A DNA stretch of 64,000 bases, from contig JAFGAR010000064.1 of assembly GCA_016933575.1 (NCBI GenBank), forward strand, positions 116,902-180,901. The letters run 5' to 3'. A model generated the notes under the pieces. The model was not told where the DNA came from and did no database searches. It worked only from the letters and a program-made list of their open reading frames with translations. Of the stretch, positions 8,826-18,122 are shown piece after piece. The DNA comes from Candidatus Thorarchaeota archaeon. GTDB taxonomy: Archaea > Asgardarchaeota > Thorarchaeia > Thorarchaeales > Thorarchaeaceae. How positions within the stretch are numbered: the stretch's first letter is position 1; every line of letters starts with the position of its first letter. Position numbers and translations under genes: made by a program.

Positions 8826-10046
8826 ATGGCATTTCTGAATAGATCAGTTGCATCAGTTTACATTGCATATGCCTTACAATCCACTGCGCAAGCCATCAGT
8901 TGGCAATTTGTGACCTATTTTGTCAAACATGAATTAAACACCCTTTCATTCATCCAACAATCCGCAGCATTTGCTGTTCCAGCGCTCGTAATCATGATTA
9001 TGACGAATGTTTGGGGTTCTCTCTCAGATAGAATGAAGAAACGTAAGATGTTCATGGTCATTGGTTTTCTTGGTTATGCTGCAACATTCTTCTTCTACGC
9101 ATTTGTTCAAGATATATTCCAATATTTACTTGTCGCGATTATTGGAGCCCTACTTTCTTCGGCTACACTTCCCATGGGACAAGCTCATCTCACAATTAAT
9201 GCAATCAATAAAGGAGAGCGGCTTGGTTACTTTGTTGCAGCTCAATCTGCTGGGTGGTTCTTTGGAGCTCTATTCAGTGGAGCTTTCTATGATATCATTG
9301 GAATGAGAGCACTTTTCATTGTTGCTGCATTATTATCTTTAGGTGCCACAGGTAGCTCTGCAGCTTTAATTCGTGATATTCCCTTCAAGGATATTGATAT
9401 CACCATTGAACGTAGTTTTGGAGAGCTGTTAAGAAAACCTGGGATGAGTAGACTCACCATAGCGGTAGCCCTTAGTCAAATTGGAATGAATGCAATCTCT
9501 GCATTCCTTGCGATAATGATAGTTGATGAACTTGGTGGGGGCGATCCTTCTTTCTTGGTATTTGTGGGTTTAGCTAATTCAGGAGCAACACTCATCGCTG
9601 TTCTCTTAACCGGTCAATTGGGGAAGATTGTGGATAAGAGTGGACCAATTAAGGTCCTTATTGTGGCATATGTTTCATACACACTCTTTGCGTTTCTGTT
9701 TGGAATTGTTACAGATCCAATTATTGCAGCTATTATGTGGGCATTACCCATCTACCCACTATCAGCTGTTGCTACATCAACATTAGCTGCTAAAATCTCC
9801 GGAGAAGACGAGAGAGGCAGAGCGATGTCTCTTATCTACGCAGCACAAAACGCAGGGGGATGGATTGGGCCTCTAGTGGGCGGGTTCTTTGCAGAATATG
9901 TCTTTCTTACCGTTCAACCAATATCATTCTTGAATATGCTCTTCAATATAGTCGCGCTATTACTAGCAATCTCACTTTTCAGAAATGCTTCACTAAGAGA
10001 ACAATCGCATGAAAGTATCTCTGAGATCCAAGACGGGCAATATTGA
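8826..10046 (+). CDS. MFS transporter
   Basis: About 12 TM segments; GSLSDRMKKRK (motif A), GKIVDKSG, ERGRAMS. Confidence 0.9.
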   Translation: MAFLNRSVASVYIAYALQSTAQAISWQFVTYFVKHELNTLSFIQQSAAFAVPALVIMIMTNVWGSLSDRMKKRKMFMVIGFLGYAATFFFYAFVQDIFQYLLVAIIGALLSSATLPMGQAHLTINAINKGERLGYFVAAQSAGWFFGALFSGAFYDIIGMRALFIVAALLSLGATGSSAALIRDIPFKDIDITIERSFGELLRKPGMSRLTIAVALSQIGMNAISAFLAIMIVDELGGGDPSFLVFVGLANSGATLIAVLLTGQLGKIVDKSGPIKVLIVAYVSYTLFAFLFGIVTDPIIAAIMWALPIYPLSAVATSTLAAKISGEDERGRAMSLIYAAQNAGGWIGPLVGGFFAEYVFLTVQPISFLNMLFNIVALLLAISLFRNASLREQSHESISEIQDGQY

Positions 10047-10072
10047 AATGAAAACATCATACCTCATTGTGC

Positions 10073-10918
10073 ATGCCAGATGGATGTACTGCTATAGCTA
10101 AAATCATTGGTAATCGTTCCATTCTTGCGAAAAATCGAGATCTCATCTGGACCGATTTCTGTGATACGGTTGTCTTTGAAAATGATGTCTTTATTGTGAC
10201 CGGCGTTGATACAAGTAACGCACAGATCTGCGGAGCGTCATTTGGAATGAACCGGTGGGGTCTTGTAGCATGCAATACTACCGTGTTAGTCACCCAAGAT
10301 ACTGCATATGATATTCTACTTGAACGTGTATTGCGCGAATCTAAGACAATCGATGAAGCTTTTAATTTAGTACGGGCAGATTTGAATCATGGATCAAGAT
10401 ATCAATGGTGCAATTTCATTCTTGCTTCTCCGCAGGGCGTCGGAGCCATTGAGATTGGTGATGGTGTGGCAGTCCTAGAGCAGGACTATATCATGATTGC
10501 CCGAACAAACCACCACCTTCTCTTACCAACCGCTGATATACTTCGACATGCTTCACCAGCAGAGCGTGAAGCGGGAGGTCCTCTTGCTACGAGTCAAAAT
10601 CGAAGACAAGAAGCCTTCAAGCTGCTACAAGAAGCAAAATCGACCAGTGACTTTATGCAGATTCTGAGTACGCATCACAAGGGTCGTGGGTTTGATTCTA
10701 TCTGCCGACATCGTCCAGATAATCCGCACACAGAACCATATCTTGGAGAGACTGTCTACAGCTATATTGCTGAGGTTTCTTATTTTGAACCTGAGAGAAT
10801 GGAATTTAGAATTAACGTTGCACCAGGGAATCCGTGTAGTAGCACCTATAAAGAATATCTCATTGATTTCAATGCCTCACCTCAAGAGAAAGAGAATATC
10901 GTTCTTGATTTTCCATGA
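10073..10918 (+). CDS. Ntn-hydrolase of the C45 / isopenicillin-N acyltransferase-like family
   Basis: N-terminal (M)PDGCTAIA nucleophile, LAKNRD, FGMNRWGL, RTNH, SICRH. Confidence 0.75.
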   Translation: MPDGCTAIAKIIGNRSILAKNRDLIWTDFCDTVVFENDVFIVTGVDTSNAQICGASFGMNRWGLVACNTTVLVTQDTAYDILLERVLRESKTIDEAFNLVRADLNHGSRYQWCNFILASPQGVGAIEIGDGVAVLEQDYIMIARTNHHLLLPTADILRHASPAEREAGGPLATSQNRRQEAFKLLQEAKSTSDFMQILSTHHKGRGFDSICRHRPDNPHTEPYLGETVYSYIAEVSYFEPERMEFRINVAPGNPCSSTYKEYLIDFNASPQEKENIVLDFP

Positions 10919-10945
10919 TAACTTCTCCTGAATCGTTGCATATAT

Positions 10946-11896
10946 GTGGGTGAAACAAGAGGTTCAATGCATAGAGGTGATACTGTGGATTTTGAGAAGT
11001 TCAGAGAAATTCTCCAAGGCTATTCGGTAACAACTGCAACTCCATTTAGTACTGACCTCACACAGATCGATACAAATGGCCTTTCGGAAAACATCGATTT
11101 TTTGGTCATGAACAAAGTACCTCTGATTATACCAAATGGTAACACTGGAGAGTTCTATTCACTCTCTGAAGAGGAGTGGTTGCAAGTTCTCAAGACTGCT
11201 GTCAATGCATCAGATCAGAAGACTAACGTAATGTCAGGCATTGGTCATTCAACCAAGACCGCACTCTCACAGATTGAGAAAGTAAAATCTCTTGGAGTTC
11301 CTGCTGTCATGATTATGTATCCACAACATGTCTTTGCTTCTGAAGAGGGAATCCTTGACTATTATAGAACTCTTCTTGATTCGTCAAAAGGTATCAGTGT
11401 TGTTCTCTATAAGAAAGGTTCATTGCTTTCTGATTCGGTTCTATCAAAATTACTTGTCTATGACAATCTCGTTGGAGTGAAATATGCATTTGGTCGAATT
11501 GTGGATTTCTCACAGAGCGTTCAGAAAATCGGTCACAAGATTATCTGGTCTTGTGGTACTGCAGAACGTTTTGCACCCTTCTTCTTTCTAGCTGGTGCCA
11601 GAGCATTCACAAGCGGGTTGGGCAACTTTGCTCCCAATGTTACAAAACAGATGTATGATGCTTTGAAAAATGGTGATTATTCGTCAGCAATGAAAATTCA
11701 GGAGATGATAAGTCCACTCGAGTTTCTCCGCGAAGGCCATGCTTCAGCAAATAATGTACCCGTCGTAAAAACTGCAATGGATTATATCGGTCTCAAAGGA
11801 GGTATCTCTCGTCCTCCTATCCATCAGTTGACAGACAGCGAGAGGCGCTTAGTAATTGATGCTATAAAGGACTGGAATCTGAAGACCTTCACATAG
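10946..11896 (+). CDS. Dihydrodipicolinate synthase family protein (KdgD/aldolase-like); start uncertain
   Basis: TPF, GNTGEFYSL, VLYK and Schiff-base lysine in GVKY. Confidence 0.85.
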   Translation: MGETRGSMHRGDTVDFEKFREILQGYSVTTATPFSTDLTQIDTNGLSENIDFLVMNKVPLIIPNGNTGEFYSLSEEEWLQVLKTAVNASDQKTNVMSGIGHSTKTALSQIEKVKSLGVPAVMIMYPQHVFASEEGILDYYRTLLDSSKGISVVLYKKGSLLSDSVLSKLLVYDNLVGVKYAFGRIVDFSQSVQKIGHKIIWSCGTAERFAPFFFLAGARAFTSGLGNFAPNVTKQMYDALKNGDYSSAMKIQEMISPLEFLREGHASANNVPVVKTAMDYIGLKGGISRPPIHQLTDSERRLVIDAIKDWNLKTFT

Positions 11897-12251
11897 TTCT
11901 TCGCACATCAATCTGGTTTGAACAAAAAGGACAGCGTGCCTCCTCTGGTCCAATCCATTCTAAGCTATGAATTTCAATAGGGTGATCACATTCAGGACAT
12001 GATATAGGAAGTTGAATCATCTGCCATTTGACCTGTTCGTAACGACTCGAATAGTTACCTGCGAAAGCATATGCGATGATACCTGGACCAACAGAGATCA
12101 GAACAATTCCAATAGTGAGATATAATGTCCAGATTGTCCAGTCAAAATCAAAGGTATAGCTTGTTATCATAATCATTGATACGGCGAAGTAATAGCATCC
12201 AACCAGCATGAGGACTATTCCAGCAAGCAATGCTGTCCTTTTCAATATCAT
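11889..12251 (-). CDS. Two-TM membrane protein with C-terminal zinc ribbon
   Basis: Two hydrophobic helices, then CPEC...CPFC. Confidence 0.65.
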   Translation of the reverse strand: MILKRTALLAGIVLMLVGCYYFAVSMIMITSYTFDFDWTIWTLYLTIGIVLISVGPGIIAYAFAGNYSSRYEQVKWQMIQLPISCPECDHPIEIHSLEWIGPEEARCPFCSNQIDVRRTM

Positions 12252-12258
12252 TTACACC

Positions 12259-13443
12259 CTATTTGATTGAAACATTATTACCATTGATAAACACTTGTTC
12301 CACTTTACTGTAGAATTCAAACGGGTCTCCAGACCAGACAACAATGTCTGCATCCTTACCCACTTCTAGTGAACCGACTCTTTCTTCAACACCTAATATC
12401 TCAGCGGGATTGATAGTTACACATTTCAGCGCATCTTCTCGGTCCATTCCTTCTTTGATGACATACATTGGAAGTAATGGAAAATGGTTCATTGGTGTCA
12501 ACGAATCTGTCTGGAGTGCAACTTTTACTCCTGCCTTATTCAATTCAACAGCGGTCTTGAATCCTCTATCACGTGTTTCAGGTTTACTGACCCAATATAT
12601 TGTCGGTCCTACAACAGCGGGGAATTTCGATTTCGCAATGAATTTGGATATCTTATGCCCCTCAGTGCAATGAATGAGTACAACCCTAATATTGAATTCA
12701 TTTGCAATGCGGATGACTGTTGCTATATCATCTGCTCTATGTGCGTGAGCATGGATAGGTATTTCTCGTTTCAATACCTTGATGATGGTTTCGAGACCCA
12801 GATCCCGCTTTGGTGGTGTCGGAGGACTCTCTCCCTTCTCTTTAGATTCCTTTGCCTTGGCTAGGTATGCTTCCAACTCAATCATGTGATTTTGGCCATC
12901 TACAAGTGCTTTCCTTAGAACTGCAGCAACTCCCATCCTTGTAGAGGGAGTTCTCTTCTCTGTGCCATGAACTCTTTTCGGATTCTCTCCGAATGCAACC
13001 TTTAGACCCGATGGTGCCATTAAGATCATATCATCTACTACACCCGAACCTATCGGTTTTACAATAAAGGCTTCACCAGAGATTACATTGCCAGAACCAG
13101 GTCCTGTATTAATACAGGTCACTCCGCCTCTAATGACCTCTCCAAGTGATGGTTCATCCGGATTGAACGAATCGATCCCTCTCATATCAGGTGTTACGGG
13201 ATTTGTCATCTCATTTCCATCAGCACCTGCCCATCCAATAGAGCCGTCAAATAGACCTTGATGGGTATGTGCATCGATAAACCCGGGAGCTACATATCTC
13301 CCTTCAGCATCGATGATCTTTGTTCCCTTGGGAATTTCTACCGTCTTTCCAACAGCATGTATCTTTTCATCAAACAAAATCGTTCCACCCTTGATGAGTC
13401 CATTGACAGGGCAGAGAATTGTCGCATTCGTAATAGCCTTCAT
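12259..13443 (-). CDS. Metal-dependent amidohydrolase (imidazolonepropionase-like)
   Basis: PGFIDAHTH, KVAFGENPK, HAHRADDI, IHCTEG, GSLEVGKDADIVVW. Confidence 0.9.
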   Translation of the reverse strand: MKAITNATILCPVNGLIKGGTILFDEKIHAVGKTVEIPKGTKIIDAEGRYVAPGFIDAHTHQGLFDGSIGWAGADGNEMTNPVTPDMRGIDSFNPDEPSLGEVIRGGVTCINTGPGSGNVISGEAFIVKPIGSGVVDDMILMAPSGLKVAFGENPKRVHGTEKRTPSTRMGVAAVLRKALVDGQNHMIELEAYLAKAKESKEKGESPPTPPKRDLGLETIIKVLKREIPIHAHAHRADDIATVIRIANEFNIRVVLIHCTEGHKISKFIAKSKFPAVVGPTIYWVSKPETRDRGFKTAVELNKAGVKVALQTDSLTPMNHFPLLPMYVIKEGMDREDALKCVTINPAEILGVEERVGSLEVGKDADIVVWSGDPFEFYSKVEQVFINGNNVSIK

Positions 13444-13503
13444 GTGATTGCCTCCAATTTGTTTTTCCTTCCTTCACTGAGAAAAGTCTTCTTATTGGTA
13501 GTT

Positions 13504-14481
13504 TCAGTAACCAGAAAGCCACTCAAGAATATGAGCCGCCCACCCCACTGATCTCGATACTGCAAATAGTCCAGTGTTTAGGCTCTGATGATATCCAAAT
13601 GTGCAATAAACCGCAGCATTGTACAAATCTACATTTGGGTAAGCTTCAATTTTCTTAAACTCCTTAAGAAGTGCGTTCCCCTCTGAACTTACTCTGTCAA
13701 TAACATCTATAATCCACTTGGACTCGGTATCTACAATCCGCCTCTCTAAAACCTCTCGAAGTACAATTGCCCGTGGATCCATACCTCGATAAATCCGATG
13801 GCCAAGGCCATAGATCTTCTCTCCTTTTTCCAATCTTCTTTGAAGAAAATTATGGACTTCCCCAGACTTCCTAATATCTTCGAGCATGTTCATAGCTTCA
13901 GTCCCAGCACCATGATGGAGTGGTCCTAGGTGCACTTGAAAAGTTGATAGAAGTGCTTTGGAAACAGACTCTCCACTCTTAATTAATGAGTGTAAGGTTG
14001 TCAGAGACGGATTGTCGGGATCATCCATATGTAGAATCAAGGCTATCTTGAAGTTTCTGATATCATCATACTCTGCTCTCTCTCCTCTTGTCATCCATAG
14101 GAAATTGGCAATATGATTTAGTTCAGAATCCGCTTCTTGCAATGTTTTGTGATGAAATTCACAATGTTGCTTTGCCACAACAAGAGGAACTAGTGCGATG
14201 AATGCCAAGAGAAAATCCTGTAGGTTGAATTCAAGTTCTACTGAAATCTGTTCTAATTTGCTGATCAGCCTCTCGAATGTATTCATTTCTTCTGAATAGT
14301 ATTTCCGAAAATCCACCAATTTTTGACAGAGGATTTCATGTTCTGTATCTAATGGCATATGCCCGTAAAGAAGAAGATGCGTGATTGATTCAAAATCATA
14401 GGATTTGCATAACTCCTTAGCATTAATCCCTCTGAAAAAGAGTTGATTGGCTATGGGGTCTATCCTGCTAATTGGTTCCAT
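13504..14481 (-). CDS. Citrate/2-methylcitrate synthase family protein, divergent
   Basis: LFFRG, GPLHHGA, YGLGHRIY..DPR, PNVDLY, FAVSRSVGWAAH. Confidence 0.8.
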   Translation of the reverse strand: MEPISRIDPIANQLFFRGINAKELCKSYDFESITHLLLYGHMPLDTEHEILCQKLVDFRKYYSEEMNTFERLISKLEQISVELEFNLQDFLLAFIALVPLVVAKQHCEFHHKTLQEADSELNHIANFLWMTRGERAEYDDIRNFKIALILHMDDPDNPSLTTLHSLIKSGESVSKALLSTFQVHLGPLHHGAGTEAMNMLEDIRKSGEVHNFLQRRLEKGEKIYGLGHRIYRGMDPRAIVLREVLERRIVDTESKWIIDVIDRVSSEGNALLKEFKKIEAYPNVDLYNAAVYCTFGYHQSLNTGLFAVSRSVGWAAHILEWLSGY

Positions 14482-14552
14482 TCAGACGGCAAATCCTTTT
14501 TCTTATGAAAGAAAGAGAGTCCCTTTGATAATAAAAGGAACTCTTACCATCC

Positions 14553-15557
14553 TTACATCTTCTTTCCAATTATTGCTGCAAGATCAGCCAAACGATGACT
14601 GTATCCAGCTTCGTTATCATACCATCCATGTACCTTAGCCATTTTTCCTTGAGTCATTGTTAACAACGAGTCAAATGAACACGAATGAGGGTCATTGATG
14701 AAATCCGATGATACTAGTGGTTCGTCAATATAGGCAAGATATGGTTTTAGACTTCCTTGACTGGCTGCTTGCTTGAAGGCATTATTAACTGCATCAGTAT
14801 CAACTTCCTTCTCTAGAATGACACTCATATCTACAAGTGATGCATCCATTACAGGCACTCTGAGAGCCATTCCATCCAATTTGCCTTTTGCTCTCGGATA
14901 GACTAGTCCTATTGCCTTTGCAGCTCCTGTACTGGTTGGCACAATGTTCCAGCATGCTGCTCTAGCACGTCTGAGGTCGGAATGTGGTCCATCTAGCATT
15001 ACTTGGTCATTGGTGATTGCGTGGATTGTAGTCATGAAACCTTGAACGATGCCAAATGCTTCATCAATTACTTTCACCATAGGCGCTAGACAATTCGTTG
15101 TACATGATGCATTTGAGATGATGTGGTGCTTTGAAGGATCATACTCATCATCATTAACACCTGGGACTACAGTAAACATATCGCCCTTACCTGGGGCACT
15201 GATAATTACTTTTTTAGCTCCTGCTTTCAGGTGTTTCTCTGCATCTTCCTTCTTCCGGAAGAAGCCTGTTGATTCAATTACAATATCAATGTCAAGTTCC
15301 TTCCAAGGAAGATTGGCAGGGTCTCTTTCTGAGAGAACCTTGATTTCATCTCCATTGACAGTGATACTGCCTTTTCCTGCTTCTACAGTCCCCTCAAACC
15401 TACCCATGACTGTATCATATTTCATCAAATGAGCTAGTGTTGTTTCAGTAGTAAGATCATTTGCTGCAACAATATCAAATCCCTTTTTCTCGAGTGCTGC
15501 ACGCAGAAATCCTCTACCTATCCTTCCAAATCCATTAATAGCAATCTTTACTGGCAT
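14553..15557 (-). CDS. gap: Class I (bacterial-type) glyceraldehyde-3-phosphate dehydrogenase
   Basis: INGFGRIGR, ESTGFF, SNASCTTNCLAP, PTSTGAAKA, WYDNE; ATG at 15557 after a GAGGTGG SD motif. Confidence 0.97.
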   Translation of the reverse strand: MPVKIAINGFGRIGRGFLRAALEKKGFDIVAANDLTTETTLAHLMKYDTVMGRFEGTVEAGKGSITVNGDEIKVLSERDPANLPWKELDIDIVIESTGFFRKKEDAEKHLKAGAKKVIISAPGKGDMFTVVPGVNDDEYDPSKHHIISNASCTTNCLAPMVKVIDEAFGIVQGFMTTIHAITNDQVMLDGPHSDLRRARAACWNIVPTSTGAAKAIGLVYPRAKGKLDGMALRVPVMDASLVDMSVILEKEVDTDAVNNAFKQAASQGSLKPYLAYIDEPLVSSDFINDPHSCSFDSLLTMTQGKMAKVHGWYDNEAGYSHRLADLAAIIGKKM

Positions 15558-15921
15558 GAAACTACCACCTCGAGGTGTTGTCTTCAAGCTCTGCTTCATA
15601 TCGGTTTGCTATATATTTTATGTTCGTAGAACATTCAGTTGCTATTGATGTCCCTTCTTGTGATTAACCTGTCATATTGAGGTTTAGAAGAGGCATAGAT
15701 TGGAATGAGAAAAATTGCACCAAAAAAAAACTAAGTTGCAGAAGAACGCTGAATTGTATACAGATTTTAGTGACATCCAATCGCTTCTCTCTTGAGAATC
15801 CTCTATTATCTTCCTCACATTCGAACCCCATGCCTCCAAATGACCTTTCCATCATAAAGAAACAAGTCCTAATGCTTATTACAAATGATTGCACACTATT
15901 CTAGAACGGGAGGTTACCTGT

Positions 15922-16074
15922 TTGAGTGAACATATCGAACACATGTGTGAATTTGCAAAGCATAACGGTGTTGCCAAGATGAGAGAACGTGTCAAGGATC
16001 CTACATTCATCTGCGAGGTCTGCGGCAGGGCTGCAAATAAAAAAGAATATCTCTGTAGACCTGTCAAACTATAG
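15922..16074 (+). CDS. Small Cys/His-rich putative metal-binding protein (50 aa)
   Basis: GGAGGT SD then TTG; HMC...CEVCGRAA...LCRP; followed by a hairpin. Confidence 0.65.
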   Translation: MSEHIEHMCEFAKHNGVAKMRERVKDPTFICEVCGRAANKKEYLCRPVKL

Positions 16075-16101
16075 ATTTCGACATCTTAGGCAGTAATTCT
16101 T

Positions 16102-16137
16102 TTGGAGGATTGATGCGAGTCGTGCATCATCCTCCAA
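16102..16137. terminator. Long hairpin between convergent genes, possibly a bidirectional terminator
   Basis: TTGGAGGAT(T)GATGC...GCATCATCCTCCAA inverted repeat. Confidence 0.6.
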
Positions 16138-16148
16138 TGTTTATACTA

Positions 16149-17132
16149 CTAATTCCAGCATGCCACAAAGTGTCCGGGAGATACCTCGTGTAATTGTGGT
16201 TCTTCTTCTTTGCATTGAACTCCGAATTCTTGGCACCTTGGCTTGAACCTACAACCTGGGGGTAGATCAATAGGTGTTGGGGTTTCTCCTGGTAGCATTA
16301 TTCGGTCTCGTTCAATAGTAGGGTCTGGAATAGGGATATTTGAAACAAGTGCCTTTGTGTATGGATGCTGTGGAGACTGAATAACATCCTCCATTGGACC
16401 CATTTCTGCAATTCTACCCAGATACATAATGATCAGGTAATCTCCAACGTATCGTGCTTGAGCCAAATCATGAGTAATGAAGATGTATGTCAGATTCTTC
16501 TCTTTCTGCAAATCGGTCATGAGATTCATGACTTCTGTTCTGATACTTGCATCCAACATAGAAACTGGTTCATCCGCAATGATTAGCTCCGGTTGAAGTA
16601 TAAGAGACCGCGCAATAGCAATCCTCTGTAGTTGCCCTCCGGATAGCTCGTGAGTGTATCGAGTCGCAAAATCTTCAGCAGGAATAAGTCTCACATCTTC
16701 AAGAGCGGATATGACCTTATCATGAAGTACCTCATCATTATCTTCGAGTTTATGGATAACAAGACCCTCACCAACTAGATCTACAACAGTGTGTCTTGGA
16801 TCCAACACCTCGAAAGGATTCTGGAAAATCAATTGCATTTGTAATCTTAATTCACTGAGTTCCAATCGATTCATTTCAAAGATATTATTACCATTGAAGT
16901 AAGCAGCACCTGAAGAAGGTTCAATTAGACGAAGGATAGTTCTGGCTAATGTAGTCTTGCCACAACCACTCTCTCCTGCTATCGCAATAGAACCTCCTCT
17001 AGGAACTTCAAAGCTCACATTATCAACAGCTTTGACATATCTTAATGGTTTTCCAATGGACATCAGACCACTTCTTACGGGAAACCATTTTCTAACTTCT
17101 TGAACACTAAGAATAGTATCTGCACTTGCCAT
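16149..17132 (-). CDS. oppF: Oligopeptide ABC transporter ATP-binding protein
   Basis: GESGCGKT, LSGGQLQR, ADEPVSMLD, ITHDL, GCRFKPRC. Confidence 0.92.
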   Translation of the reverse strand: MASADTILSVQEVRKWFPVRSGLMSIGKPLRYVKAVDNVSFEVPRGGSIAIAGESGCGKTTLARTILRLIEPSSGAAYFNGNNIFEMNRLELSELRLQMQLIFQNPFEVLDPRHTVVDLVGEGLVIHKLEDNDEVLHDKVISALEDVRLIPAEDFATRYTHELSGGQLQRIAIARSLILQPELIIADEPVSMLDASIRTEVMNLMTDLQKEKNLTYIFITHDLAQARYVGDYLIIMYLGRIAEMGPMEDVIQSPQHPYTKALVSNIPIPDPTIERDRIMLPGETPTPIDLPPGCRFKPRCQEFGVQCKEEEPQLHEVSPGHFVACWN

Positions 17133-18122
17133 TTACTCATCTCCTCCGAAATCAAGTTCGCCAGCAAAGTGGCATTTGGCAAAATGACCTTCTTCAATTT
17201 CCCTTAACTCAGGAATCTCCGTTTTGCAAATACTCTGCGCAAATGGACATCTTGGATGAAATCTACATCCTGATGGAAGATTCAGAAGATTGGGTGGAGA
17301 TCCAGGGATGAACTGCAACCGCTTCTTTGGTCCTACTACACTCGGAAATGCTCCAATCAGTTTGTAGGAGTAGGGATGCAGACTACGTTTGAATACCGCT
17401 TCGACATCACCCACTTCAACAAGGTTGCCTGCATACATTATACCGACATCATGGCAATTCTCTGCCACAACAGAGAGATCATGAGTGATAAAGAGAACAG
17501 CAAGATTGTACTTTTCTTGAAGTTTTCTAAGAAGATCAAGTATCTTATTCTGAACAATGACATCCAAAGCTGTTACAGGCTCGTCTGCAATGATTAGGTG
17601 TGGGTCACATGCAAGTGCTTGCGCGATGATTGCCCTCTGCAGCATCCCTCCACTGAATTCATGAGGATAATCTCGTTGTCTCTCTGGTTTCAATCCAACT
17701 TCATCAAAGAGATCGTTCACAATCATTCTAGCAGCATCTTCAGTGACCTCATCCTTTTCCCGAATGACTTCAACAATCTGATTCCCAATCCTGAGAACAG
17801 GATTGAATGCATTCATGGCATACTGGAAGACGATGGAAGCTTTCTTCCATCTTATCTGTCGCATCTCTTCATCACTGAGCGTTGTTAGTTCAACACCATC
17901 CAGTTTTATGCAACCTCGCGCTATCTTTCCATTTTCAGCAAGAATCCTTAGGATACTATAAGCTGTGGTCGTCTTACCACATCCTGATTCACCTGCGAGA
18001 CCTAGAGTTCTTTTTTCATGAATATCGAAGCTCACTCCATCAACGGCCTTAAGTTCCCTTTGACCTAGATAATAGTAACTTGCAAGGTCTCGGACCTGCA
18101 GAATTGGTTCATCCGTTGCCAA
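17133..18122 (-). CDS. oppD: Oligopeptide ABC transporter ATP-binding protein
   Basis: GESGCGKT, YPHEFSGGMLQR, ADEP, ITHDL, GCRFHPRC; abuts both neighbours. Confidence 0.92.
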   Translation of the reverse strand: MATDEPILQVRDLASYYYLGQRELKAVDGVSFDIHEKRTLGLAGESGCGKTTTAYSILRILAENGKIARGCIKLDGVELTTLSDEEMRQIRWKKASIVFQYAMNAFNPVLRIGNQIVEVIREKDEVTEDAARMIVNDLFDEVGLKPERQRDYPHEFSGGMLQRAIIAQALACDPHLIIADEPVTALDVIVQNKILDLLRKLQEKYNLAVLFITHDLSVVAENCHDVGIMYAGNLVEVGDVEAVFKRSLHPYSYKLIGAFPSVVGPKKRLQFIPGSPPNLLNLPSGCRFHPRCPFAQSICKTEIPELREIEEGHFAKCHFAGELDFGGDE

